Below are positions 9,144 to 17,542 of a stretch of 64,000 bases of DNA, piece after piece. The notes beneath the pieces are model-generated. The model did not search any database. It saw only the letters and a list, made by a program, of their open reading frames with translations, and had not been told where the DNA came from. Source of the stretch: Niastella sp. Lineage in GTDB: Bacteria > Bacteroidota > Bacteroidia > Chitinophagales > Chitinophagaceae. Within the stretch, counting starts at the first letter, position 1. Every line of letters starts with the position of its first letter. The position numbers were made by a program, and so were the translations under genes. The stretch spans positions 339,657-403,656 of the forward strand of contig JADJVM010000005.1 in NCBI GenBank assembly GCA_016710595.1, read 5' to 3'.

Positions 9144-9989
9144 ATGAAATTGCTACTTTTTGTATTTTCCCCTTTAATATCGAATAGTCAAATTATTTAT
9201 AAGGGTACTGTAATAAATAGTACAACAAGGAAGCCGGTTGCGTATGCTACGGTAGGCCTGTTAAAAGAAAATGCTGGAATAAATGCAAATGAAGACGGTG
9301 TTTTTAGTTTATCGTTGGGCAAATATGTAACCGATACCTTAATTATTTCATGCGCAGGATACGAAACCAAGAAATTCCCAATAGATAATTTACCTCCAGA
9401 CTCCCGTTTTGAAATACCCGCAAAACAAATTGTATTAAGCAACTTAGTTGTAAGAAGTAATTATAAACATTCATCAATACTCAATGATTATGAGAATTGT
9501 GGTTTGAATTCTTATACTTCTACAGGATCTGTTACACAAATTGCTCAACACCTTCAATCACCAGTGGCGAATGCAATGTTAAGCGAAATATATATTTGTA
9601 AACGGAGTGATAATTCCTTATTTCGAATAAGGGTGTATGATATGGATTCAGCATCAGGTAAACCTGGTCATGATTTGGCTGATACAATAATAGAAGTGAA
9701 TTCCGGAAAAAGGCATGTACAGGTAAATTTAGAAAAGTATAACATCGTTATTCCTGGTAAAGATTTTTTTGTGGGTATTGAATGGATATATGTTCCTATC
9801 AATAAATTCAGAACTAAAATTAAAGGGCAAAAAAATTATCTTATACAGTATAGTCCATTAATATTTTTTAAAAATAAGAGAATAGAAAATGAAAATCGTT
9901 TAGAAGCATGGCAGTTAGATTATCGAAGAAAGTGGCTTAGGACATCTAATGACTGGTTTTTCTTAATTTCTGCAAAGGTTAAATATTAG
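9144..9989 (+). CDS. Carboxypeptidase-regulatory-like (CarboxypepD_reg) domain protein, secreted
   Basis: Signal peptide MKLLLFVFSPLISNSQ, then the typical motif YKGTVINSTTRKPVAYATVGLLKENAGINANEDGVFSL. The ATG at 9144 is preferred over the GTG-initiated longest ORF at 9057. Confidence 0.55.
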   Translation: MKLLLFVFSPLISNSQIIYKGTVINSTTRKPVAYATVGLLKENAGINANEDGVFSLSLGKYVTDTLIISCAGYETKKFPIDNLPPDSRFEIPAKQIVLSNLVVRSNYKHSSILNDYENCGLNSYTSTGSVTQIAQHLQSPVANAMLSEIYICKRSDNSLFRIRVYDMDSASGKPGHDLADTIIEVNSGKRHVQVNLEKYNIVIPGKDFFVGIEWIYVPINKFRTKIKGQKNYLIQYSPLIFFKNKRIENENRLEAWQLDYRRKWLRTSNDWFFLISAKVKY

Positions 9990-10107
9990 ATTTTTCAATA
10001 AGAACAATTTAATTAGCTGCTGATAGTAGGATTGAAAAATCAGTCACGCAAATGCAGGTACTGCGTACCCCGGCACGAAGAATAATTGTATAAAATATTT
10101 CAAATCA

Positions 10108-10179
10108 TTTTCATCAAACAATAGTTGACTTTACAAGCCATATGTTACAGGGGATTTTAGTGGAGAAAACGAATTAGTG
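10108..10179 (+). repeat. Dispersed repeat, segment A only
   Basis: Shares TTTCATCAAACAATAGT and about 70 bp of downstream similarity with 6921-6990. Confidence 0.5.
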
Positions 10180-10366
10180 CCAAAGAAAAAAGGAGAAGCA
10201 AATTACAATGCCAATCTCGCATCAGAATATTTAATGATAAGTTTACCGGATTGTGGTTGTGGTGAAAAAATCAGTATTTTTCATCAGCAAATAATAATGT
10301 GCCGTTTTTTTTAACATAAGAAAATAAGTTAATAAATTAGCTTACGTGTAGAATTTATTTATTATT

Positions 10367-10393
10367 TTCGACACAAAAAATTGATGTGTCGAA
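10367..10393. promoter_or_regulatory. Perfect 9-bp inverted repeat (candidate operator or hairpin) 10 nt upstream of fic
   Basis: TTCGACACA (10367-10375), spacer AAAAATTGA, TGTGTCGAA (10385-10393). The fic ATG is at 10403. Confidence 0.35.
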
Positions 10394-10402
10394 TCTTTCA
10401 AC

Positions 10403-11488
10403 ATGAACAATAAAACACAACCATACAATCAACTTACTGATTTACCGCCGAATATAGATTTGGATTCTGCCGTTTTACTTAAATCTTCTATCAAAGCCAG
10501 CAGGTTATTAGCAGAGTTAAAAGGTTATTGTCAAACCTTGCCCAATCCTCAGATACTTATAAATACCATCATTCTCCAGGAAAGTAAAGATAGTTCTGCA
10601 ATAGAAAATATTGTAACCACACAGGATGATTTATACCGGGCCATGATATCATCCGATGATAATGCACACACCAGTTCTGCAGCCAAAGAGGTATTGATGT
10701 ATAAAGAAGCCCTGTATTCCGGATTAGAACTACTAAAAAAAAGAGGGCTTACCACCAATACAATGGTGAGTATAATGCAGAAATTAAAAAATACTACGGC
10801 TGGCGTACGAACCGAAAGCGGTACCCGATTGGCCAATCCTTCATCTAAAGAAATTATTTATACGCCTCCTGAAGGAGAAGAATTGCTGAGAAAAAAATTA
10901 ACTGCTCTTGAAAATTTTATACATGATGATGCCGATCATATAGATCCACTTATTAAGTTGGCTTTAATGCATTATCAGTTTGAAGCAATACATCCATTTG
11001 CTGATGGTAACGGAAGAACAGGTAGAATAATGAATGTGCTTTATCTCGTTCATCTGAACTTATTACCACTTCCTGTGTTATATTTAAGTTCATTTATTAT
11101 AAAGCATAAGGGTGAATATTATAGATTATTGCGAGAGGTAACAGAGAAAAAAAACTGGAACGAATGGATTTTATATATGCTAAAGGCAATATCTGAAACG
11201 GCGGCACTAAGTCTGCAGAAAATAAAGGAAATACAACAGCTTAAAGAAGAAATTATAGTTATTTCAAAAGAAGTTTTGAAGTCTTCTTATAATCGGGATT
11301 TGGTTGACCTTTTATTTTGCCATCCTTATGTGAAGATTAAAACCTTAGAGCAAAATAAAATTGGTCATAGACAAACGGCTTCCACTTATCTGCAGAAACT
11401 AGCTAAAGCAAATGTATTGCACCCAATGAAATTAGGTAAAGAAATGTATTATATCAATCACCGTTTGATGAAAATCATCAGCAATTAA
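10403..11488 (+). CDS. fic: Fic family protein (AMPylase type, class II with N-terminal inhibitory motif, C-terminal winged-helix-like region)
   Basis: Catalytic motif HPFADGNGRTGR (HxFx[D/E]GNGRxxR). Inhibitory [S/T]xxxE[G/N] motif as SSAIEN in the N-terminal Fic_N region. Confidence 0.9.
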   Translation: MNNKTQPYNQLTDLPPNIDLDSAVLLKSSIKASRLLAELKGYCQTLPNPQILINTIILQESKDSSAIENIVTTQDDLYRAMISSDDNAHTSSAAKEVLMYKEALYSGLELLKKRGLTTNTMVSIMQKLKNTTAGVRTESGTRLANPSSKEIIYTPPEGEELLRKKLTALENFIHDDADHIDPLIKLALMHYQFEAIHPFADGNGRTGRIMNVLYLVHLNLLPLPVLYLSSFIIKHKGEYYRLLREVTEKKNWNEWILYMLKAISETAALSLQKIKEIQQLKEEIIVISKEVLKSSYNRDLVDLLFCHPYVKIKTLEQNKIGHRQTASTYLQKLAKANVLHPMKLGKEMYYINHRLMKIISN

Positions 11489-11619
11489 TATATTATTCAA
11501 CGAATAAAATACCGTAGAGCATTTTATCATTCACCAACTTTCAGTGGAATTTTTGTAACATTTTTGAGTGGTAATTCTGGCAGCTCCGCATCCTTGCAGG
11601 GGGCTTAAAAAACTCTATT

Positions 11620-11775
11620 GAGCTAAATTTTCATAAGAATATTTTGGAGAAATCACCTTAACTGATTGGGAATAAAGCGGTGAATAATTTATGAAATGAT
11701 TTGTAAAGGGTGCAATATTCGTATAAATTTGAGTTGGCTGTAAGCATATTAGACTGTACTCAAACATACAAATCT
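11620..11775 (+). repeat. Dispersed repeat, degraded copy (short A + B), start codon position mutated
   Basis: Aligns with 6991-7090. Carries the same TTCGTATA(A/T)ATTTGAGTTG box, but has AAG where copy 1 has the ATG. Confidence 0.55.
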
Positions 11776-11803
11776 TACTATTATCCACATAAATAAATAT
11801 AAA

Positions 11804-12075
11804 ATGAAATTGTAACCTTCCCCGTTTTTGTAACCTTCCCCAGGGCAATCGGGTGAAAAAACTCCCTGTGGAAATTCAAAATGCAGGAAGAAGAAAACTA
11901 AGGATGATTAACAACTCAACTAGCCGATTTAAGAATACCGCCGGCTAACAGGCTGGAGAAATTATATGGAAATTTGAAAAATTACTACAGCATCAGCATT
12001 AATGAGCAATGGCAAATAATCTTCAAATGGAATGCTGGAAATGCGTCGGAAATAGAAATTATAGATTATCATTAA
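11804..12075 (+). pseudogene. higB: higB-like (RelE/ParE superfamily) toxin pseudogene: frameshifted, start out of frame
   Basis: One frame reads ...GNRVKKLPVEIQNAGRRKLRMINNS and stops at 11946. The +1 frame (open from 11908) reads LADLRIPPANRLEKLYGNLKNYYSISINEQWQIIFKWNAGNASEIEIIDYH*, a typical HigB C-terminus. The only ATG (11804) is followed by MKL-stop. An 18-bp tandem duplication (TTGTAACCTTCCCC core) lies at 11810-11845. Confidence 0.6.
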
Positions 12076-12086
12076 ATTTTATTAAA

Positions 12087-12386
12087 ATGGCAAAACTTAA
12101 AAATATTTATCCGGGTGAAATCCTGTCAGAGGAGTTTCTTAATGCATTTAATATAACAGCCTATAAACTTGCAAAGGATATTGAAATTCCTCAAACCAGA
12201 ATTTCCGAAATCATAAAAGGTAACCGTCGGATTACAGCAGACACCGCATTAAGGTTAAGTAAATATTTTGGTAATTCCGCTAAATTTTGGCTCGGGCTAC
12301 AGGACGATTATGATATTGAAGAAGAAATATTAATAAAAGAGCCTGTACTTAAATCAATTAAAGCATTGGATAGGAAAGTGGCCTAA
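12087..12386 (+). CDS. higA: HigA-family antitoxin (XRE-type HTH)
   Basis: MAKLKNIYPGEILSEEFL...ITAYKLAKDIEIPQTRISEIIKGNRRITADTALRLSKYFGNSAKFWLGLQ is a classic HigA sequence. The ATG at 12087 lies 11 nt after the higB remnant stop. Confidence 0.8.
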   Translation: MAKLKNIYPGEILSEEFLNAFNITAYKLAKDIEIPQTRISEIIKGNRRITADTALRLSKYFGNSAKFWLGLQDDYDIEEEILIKEPVLKSIKALDRKVA

Positions 12387-12550
12387 CTGTGTAAAGGACT
12401 GGGTTTGGCAATAGGCCGTCTGGCAGAATAAACATCGGCCATTTTGTAAATCAACCTTTGTTCTGGTTTACGCTTTCAATTGTCAGCTCATCGTTTTTAT
12501 CTTACCCATTTTCTTCCTTCACTAATTCAAAATTTCCCACCAGGATGCCT

Positions 12551-12997
12551 CTATTTTTTACGGCTGTTCTTTATAAAAACTTCACCTGTTTTGATATCAT
12601 TTTCCAGGTCTAATATTGTTTTCCGGTCAAACAATTCTAACAATTGGGCTTTTATAAATTTATATTCTGAATGCATGGGGCATGGCTTTGCTTCGGAACA
12701 TTTATCTAACCCCAATACACATTTATTAAGTACATCATCTTCACCCATTACTTTTAGTATGGCATGTACAGGAAGGTTCTTTGCTTTTTCGGTAATATAA
12801 AAGCCGCCATTGGGGCCGGGTACAGAGCGGATAATCTTATTATCTTTTCTTAATGCCTGCAATATCTTAGCCGTAAAGGATGGCGGTGAATCAATGGCGG
12901 CAGATATTTCAGCCAGGCCCACTTTATGCTCTTCTGAACTTTTTTGTGCTATATAAATAGTAGCTCTTAATGCATACTCGGTAGATTTAGAAAACAT
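12551..12997 (-). CDS. Rrf2 family transcriptional regulator (Fe-S type; NsrR/IscR-like)
   Basis: N-terminal Rrf2 wHTH (STEYALRATIYIAQ). Cys triad C-x6-C-x5-C (CVLGLDKCSEAKPCPMH). Last gene of the nirK operon. Confidence 0.85.
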   Translation of the reverse strand: MFSKSTEYALRATIYIAQKSSEEHKVGLAEISAAIDSPPSFTAKILQALRKDNKIIRSVPGPNGGFYITEKAKNLPVHAILKVMGEDDVLNKCVLGLDKCSEAKPCPMHSEYKFIKAQLLELFDRKTILDLENDIKTGEVFIKNSRKK

Positions 12998-13042
12998 ACT
13001 TATAAATTTTACGGGATATCCGGTTGGTTCATTTAATATAGG

Positions 13043-13477
13043 TTACGCTTGTGGAGCAATCCATTTTGCAAATGAATCCCTGGTTTCATACAATTTCAAT
13101 TCTGCCAAATTAATATGTGCCGGCAATACCTTTGTAAGTTCTCTTTGTATAAATACCAGGATGTTTTCTGCCGAGGGTTCTATTTCCCATAAGATTACAT
13201 TTTCCAGGTTCATTACCGGGGTATGTGCGGCTATATATTCTTTTGATAAAACAAGTTTATGGTCTAAGAGTGTAATAACCGATTCATTTACACATTTTTT
13301 TAATTCTTTAAAATCTACTACAAACCCGGTTGCGGGTATATAGTTGTTCCCATTTTCTTTGGCAGAAACGGTAACGTGTAATTCATACGAGTGGCCATGT
13401 ATATTTTTACAAGCGCCACTATATCCATGAATGGCATGTGCCATCTCAAAATGAAATATTTTTGTAACCTGCAACAT
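13043..13477 (-). CDS. 6-carboxytetrahydropterin synthase / 6-pyruvoyl-tetrahydropterin synthase family protein (QueD-like)
   Basis: FHFEMAHAI...GACKNIHGHSYEL (Cx3HGH motif) and typical size. Confidence 0.8.
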   Translation of the reverse strand: MLQVTKIFHFEMAHAIHGYSGACKNIHGHSYELHVTVSAKENGNNYIPATGFVVDFKELKKCVNESVITLLDHKLVLSKEYIAAHTPVMNLENVILWEIEPSAENILVFIQRELTKVLPAHINLAELKLYETRDSFAKWIAPQA

Positions 13478-13556
13478 AAGTGATGGTATCTTTTTTTGAT
13501 GTTAGATACAAATGTATCAAAAAAAGATATGGGACTCCTTAATGGGCTTATCCAAT

Positions 13557-14174
13557 TTAATTTTGAGCCATTAATTTCTTAAGCCGGTTAATGGTTTCAG
13601 CATGATCGGCTTCGAGACCTTCTTTTTGGTATTGAAAAACGCCTTGCTTATCTAATAAACTTACCAGGTTGCTATGAGAAAAATCTCCATTGGCATCTTT
13701 CTCAAATTGTACACCCAGCAGTACAGATAAGGTTCTTACCGCATCTTCATCTCCATGCAGTAGTATCCAGTTTTTATCCAGGTGCATATTTTCTGCAAAT
13801 TCTTTTAGCCTTGCAGCGGTATCTCTAGCCGCATCGAAACTTACCAAAACAAAATTTACCTTATCCCGGTCTTCTTTTAATGATTTAGCAATATGCTGTA
13901 TATCGGCTGTTAAGCGGGGGCAGGCATAGGTGCAATGTGTAAATATCATGCCTACTACTGTGGGCTTACCTTGTAACATAGCCAGGGTAAATGGTTTGTC
14001 ATCCTGGGTTTCAAAACTATCTTTTAGTTGAAATATACTTTCCTGAGGTATGGGTTGTTTTAGTTCGGTTGCTCCAGGTATAGCGGCTTTTACCTCTTTA
14101 GCTGACGAGCCTGAATTTTGGGAACAAGAAACAATCAACGCCGAAAATAATATACCTGTTATAATCTTTTTCAT
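13557..14174 (-). CDS. SCO1/SenC family copper chaperone, lipoprotein
   Basis: Lipobox LIVSC. Thioredoxin-fold CxxxC motif (FTHCTYACP) with a downstream His. Confidence 0.85.
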   Translation of the reverse strand: MKKIITGILFSALIVSCSQNSGSSAKEVKAAIPGATELKQPIPQESIFQLKDSFETQDDKPFTLAMLQGKPTVVGMIFTHCTYACPRLTADIQHIAKSLKEDRDKVNFVLVSFDAARDTAARLKEFAENMHLDKNWILLHGDEDAVRTLSVLLGVQFEKDANGDFSHSNLVSLLDKQGVFQYQKEGLEADHAETINRLKKLMAQN

Positions 14175-14195
14175 TTACTTTTTTTAATCTTATTT

Positions 14196-14993
14196 TCATT
14201 TCAAATCTTTTGCACAACGAAAGCCAAGGTTTGCAATACAATAATTTCCTTTTAAGCTACCCCGGTAACTAAAGCGCAAAAATCCTGCATAATCTGTCCT
14301 GTCTTTTACATCTAATGAGCCTGCAGCACAAAAAGCTTTTTGTTCATCTGCTGTGCTTCCCCGGGAATCTCCTTTGCTGATGAAGCTATTAAAATTAAAA
14401 GTCCATTCCCACACCAGGCCATGCATATCAAATAAGTTATACTGGTTTTTATAGGTTGATTTAATATTGGGTAAAACGGGAGGATTTGGTTTTCTATACC
14501 ATTCTAAAATAAAATCGGTTAATGATTTGTATTTACTATTGAGTGGTTTACCATTTCCTGCAAACTCCCACTCTGCTACAGTAGGCAATCTCTTTCCTTT
14601 CCATTTACAATAGGCTTGTGCGGCAAACCAGGAAACATTTACCACCGGTGAATTGTAAATATTCTTATGTGCTATTCCAATCACCGTGTCGCTTTGCCAA
14701 TGGCGCAGATAATTACTATCTGCAAATAAACGGTTTACTTTGGATCTTCTCCATTTGGGGTTTTGTTTTGTAAACTCCAGGAATTCTGCATTGGTAACCG
14801 CAGTTTCATCCATTTTAAAAGATGCCACCCGGAGCGGTTTATTTGCTTTTGTAATAAAAAATGGTTCATACATACCAGCAGGGATGACCACCATTTTTTT
14901 AACAGAAGTAACTGTTTTCTGTTGAGCGAAAATACCCCCAAAGAAAACAGTTACCAGTATTGTAGTTAAAAAGAATTTCATTTTCAAAATCAA
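14196..14993 (-). CDS. nirV: Formylglycine-generating-enzyme (SUMF1) family protein, NirV-like
   Basis: FGE-sulfatase motifs (PVVNVSWFAAQAYCKWKGKRLPTVAEWEFA, HGLVWEWT, ANLGFRCA). Located directly downstream of nirK, as nirV is in other denitrifiers. Confidence 0.75.
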   Translation of the reverse strand: MILKMKFFLTTILVTVFFGGIFAQQKTVTSVKKMVVIPAGMYEPFFITKANKPLRVASFKMDETAVTNAEFLEFTKQNPKWRRSKVNRLFADSNYLRHWQSDTVIGIAHKNIYNSPVVNVSWFAAQAYCKWKGKRLPTVAEWEFAGNGKPLNSKYKSLTDFILEWYRKPNPPVLPNIKSTYKNQYNLFDMHGLVWEWTFNFNSFISKGDSRGSTADEQKAFCAAGSLDVKDRTDYAGFLRFSYRGSLKGNYCIANLGFRCAKDLK

Positions 14994-15018
14994 CTCCTCA
15001 CTGCTTAACTAAGCAATC

Positions 15019-16047
15019 TTATTTAAGTTTATTAAAGATTTCCGGTTTTTTATCGCCGGTTACTTTTATTTGAGCAAGCGCCCCTTTATTAAATGCACGG
15101 AAGATTGAGTGATCCACAATATTATACACACCCGGTACATCCATTTTCATTTCTACGATAGAAGCGCCGCCTGCAGGTATCAATGTAGTTTGTACATTAT
15201 GATTTACTTCAGTACCAGCTTCCATATATACTTTATCAAATATCTCACCAATCACATGGAATGAAGAAACTAAGTTAGGTCCGCCATTTCCTGCAAATAA
15301 TCTTACTTTATCTCCCACTTTAGCCGGGAAGGCATTGGCGCCGGTAGAAGAACGTACTTTACCATTAAACAAAACGTAATCCGGAGTTTCTGCAATTGCT
15401 TTTTCTTCATCAAAATCCTGTAACCCGCCTGCATCAAATTTTCCTTTGGTATAAAAATCACCTTGCATGATATAGTATTCTTTATCCACTTTTTCTAAGC
15501 CTGCTTTAGGTTCTACCAGTATTAAACCATACATACCATTTGCAATATGCATCCCCACCGGGCCGGTAGCACAATGGTAAACATATAAACCCGGGTTAAG
15601 CGCCCTAAATTCAAATGTGGCAGATTGGCCGGGTGCTACATTGGTAACTTCGGCGCCACCACCCGGGCCTGATACTGCATGCAGGTCAATATTATGAGAA
15701 ACTTTACTATCGGGCATATTATGTAATGTAAAATGAACCAGGTCGCCTTCTCTTACCCTGATAAACTTACCGGGTACTTTACCACCAAAGGTCCAGAAAC
15801 TATAATCGGTACTATCCCCGATTTTCATTACTTTTTCAATCACATCTAAATTCACAACCACTTTTGTTGCATGTGTACGGGTAATGGGCGGCGGTACATT
15901 GGGCGCATCTGTTAATACAGCTACTTCTTCTCCCTGTATCGCTTCCAAGGTTTTAGAAGCATTATTATCGGGTGCATTTTTGCATGCTGCAAATAACATA
16001 CCCATTGCTATAACAGCCATTGAAAGTTTTAAGATATTCTTTCTCAT
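15019..16047 (-). CDS. nirK: Copper-containing nitrite reductase NirK (probable lipoprotein, AniA-like)
   Basis: Type 1 and type 2 Cu ligand blocks ([15 protein letters not shown]; [20 protein letters not shown]). Two cupredoxin domains. N-terminal signal ending LFAAC. Confidence 0.9.
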   Translation of the reverse strand: MRKNILKLSMAVIAMGMLFAACKNAPDNNASKTLEAIQGEEVAVLTDAPNVPPPITRTHATKVVVNLDVIEKVMKIGDSTDYSFWTFGGKVPGKFIRVREGDLVHFTLHNMPDSKVSHNIDLHAVSGPGGGAEVTNVAPGQSATFEFRALNPGLYVYHCATGPVGMHIANGMYGLILVEPKAGLEKVDKEYYIMQGDFYTKGKFDAGGLQDFDEEKAIAETPDYVLFNGKVRSSTGANAFPAKVGDKVRLFAGNGGPNLVSSFHVIGEIFDKVYMEAGTEVNHNVQTTLIPAGGASIVEMKMDVPGVYNIVDHSIFRAFNKGALAQIKVTGDKKPEIFNKLK

Positions 16048-16059
16048 TTTTTTTATTAT

Positions 16060-17340
16060 TTAATTTTTAAATACATGTTTAAAAAATACCGGGGATACTT
16101 TTAGCATTACAAAAGCCCAGTAATTGAAACTATTTTTATCACCTCCTTTTATGGCTTCCATGTTTTTTGTTGCCAGCATCATGGAATATCCAACCTGTAG
16201 ATTTACATCGGTGAAAGGTATGTAATCTGTTAAAAAATCAAGCTCGGTTCCCAAACTTTTTTTAATTTGATTCATCCCTGTGTAATCTTTATTGGCTAAA
16301 GAAAACGAATGTACATCTATCCCCGCCGTAAACCTGCCGGATGTTTTTGCTTTCATGCGAAGGTAAGCATCTACAAGTCCCCTGCCCCGGGTATCATTAG
16401 GGAAACTAAGAAAATAATCCATAGAACCATAAAATTTATGATTTGTAGGATACAATGTTGAAAAGTTATTACTGCTTGTTGCTTTTGTATTATCGGTATT
16501 TCCGGAGAGGTAATCAACACCGGCACCTACAGAAACTTTTTTAATTGTTTTTTCAGCGTATGCATTTAGCATGCCGGCGTTGATGTCCAAATTATTTTCT
16601 GTTTTCCCGGTTTGATAATAAGCGCCCAATACAAACTTCCAGCTATTATGATGAAAGTTGTATATCGGGCCAAATGTGATATTAGATTTTACTGCGGGAG
16701 AAGAAACAATTGTAGAATTAACGCCATTCAATATCGCTATCGCTGAAATAGAATGAGATTCTTTGAATTCTTTTTTCAACCATGCCAAAGCCAAAACTTT
16801 ATAATTTTTGAGCGTGTATTTAGTTCCAAACAATGGCTCACCAGCTTGATTAAATGCGCCCCCAATATGCCATTGAAAATGATTTTCTTTATTTTCATAT
16901 TTTAATAATAATGCATCATGCGATATGGTTAGGTTACCCCAGTCCAGGTTCCCCAATAACCGCTGATCATCATAAACCAATTCCTGGCGCCCCATTTTTA
17001 ATGCATAGTTTTTACAAAGGGCCAGTTGTACCCATAATTCATTTACCTGCAAACCGCCGATATCTTTTTTTTGTTCTTCATCGCCCCAGGTCCTGCTGTC
17101 TTGAATTGATATTTTACTGCTGATCTTATCTTTTTTATAATCAAAGATCAACCGGGCCCGTTGTGAAATAAAAAAGGCAGCTTTAGAACTATCTGCTGCC
17201 AAACTTCGAAATCCATGTCGTAATTCCCCTCTTACTCTATATTGTCCTGATATTGTAAAATTATTTTCCTGGGCTAATAATAGGTGAGATGAGATGATAC
17301 ATATTACAATGAGCGCTATTTTATGGAAACTATTTTTCAT
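16060..17340 (-). CDS. Alginate-export-family outer-membrane beta-barrel (porin-like)
   Basis: Signal peptide and alternating beta-strand pattern. Motifs QYRVRGELRHGF and ELVYDDQRLLGNLDWGN, as in Alginate_exp family proteins. C-terminal aromatic residue. Confidence 0.6.
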   Translation of the reverse strand: MKNSFHKIALIVICIISSHLLLAQENNFTISGQYRVRGELRHGFRSLAADSSKAAFFISQRARLIFDYKKDKISSKISIQDSRTWGDEEQKKDIGGLQVNELWVQLALCKNYALKMGRQELVYDDQRLLGNLDWGNLTISHDALLLKYENKENHFQWHIGGAFNQAGEPLFGTKYTLKNYKVLALAWLKKEFKESHSISAIAILNGVNSTIVSSPAVKSNITFGPIYNFHHNSWKFVLGAYYQTGKTENNLDINAGMLNAYAEKTIKKVSVGAGVDYLSGNTDNTKATSSNNFSTLYPTNHKFYGSMDYFLSFPNDTRGRGLVDAYLRMKAKTSGRFTAGIDVHSFSLANKDYTGMNQIKKSLGTELDFLTDYIPFTDVNLQVGYSMMLATKNMEAIKGGDKNSFNYWAFVMLKVSPVFFKHVFKN

Positions 17341-17389
17341 TTATGATCTATTTGAGGCGCAAATTTAGACCCCGCTAAGCTATCAATTT

Positions 17390-17403
17390 ATGACATCGCT
17401 CAA
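17390..17403 (-). promoter_or_regulatory. Imperfect Crp/Fnr-type box (TGA-N6-TCA core) about 43 nt upstream of the inferred TSS of the porin-nirK unit
   Basis: Minus strand reads TTGAGCGATGTCAT. A TAAATTTG -7 box (TAnnTTTG) lies at 17360-17367 on the minus strand, 20 nt upstream of the ATG at 17340. Confidence 0.3.
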
Positions 17404-17542
17404 ACCAAACTATGATAATTATCATAATTAAAGATGTTTTTATCCTTAATGGTAAAATACTGTATAATGCCTTGAATATGAAAGATAGAACAGTAAATAT
17501 TTTGTAAATGTATAATAGGATATGGCTGAATGGCTGCAAAGT

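Noticed and set aside
9990-10402. A 413-bp non-coding stretch with a frame reading ...GEANYNANLASEYLMISL..., considered as a possible gene remnant or ncRNA.
   Set aside because: There is only a short open frame with no start and no recognisable family. Part of it is explained by dispersed-repeat segment A. The remaining evidence is insufficient.
12480-12800. A 106-aa plus-strand ORF downstream of higA.
   Set aside because: It overlaps the Rrf2 regulator gene on the opposite strand. It starts with TTG, has no motifs, and is judged spurious.
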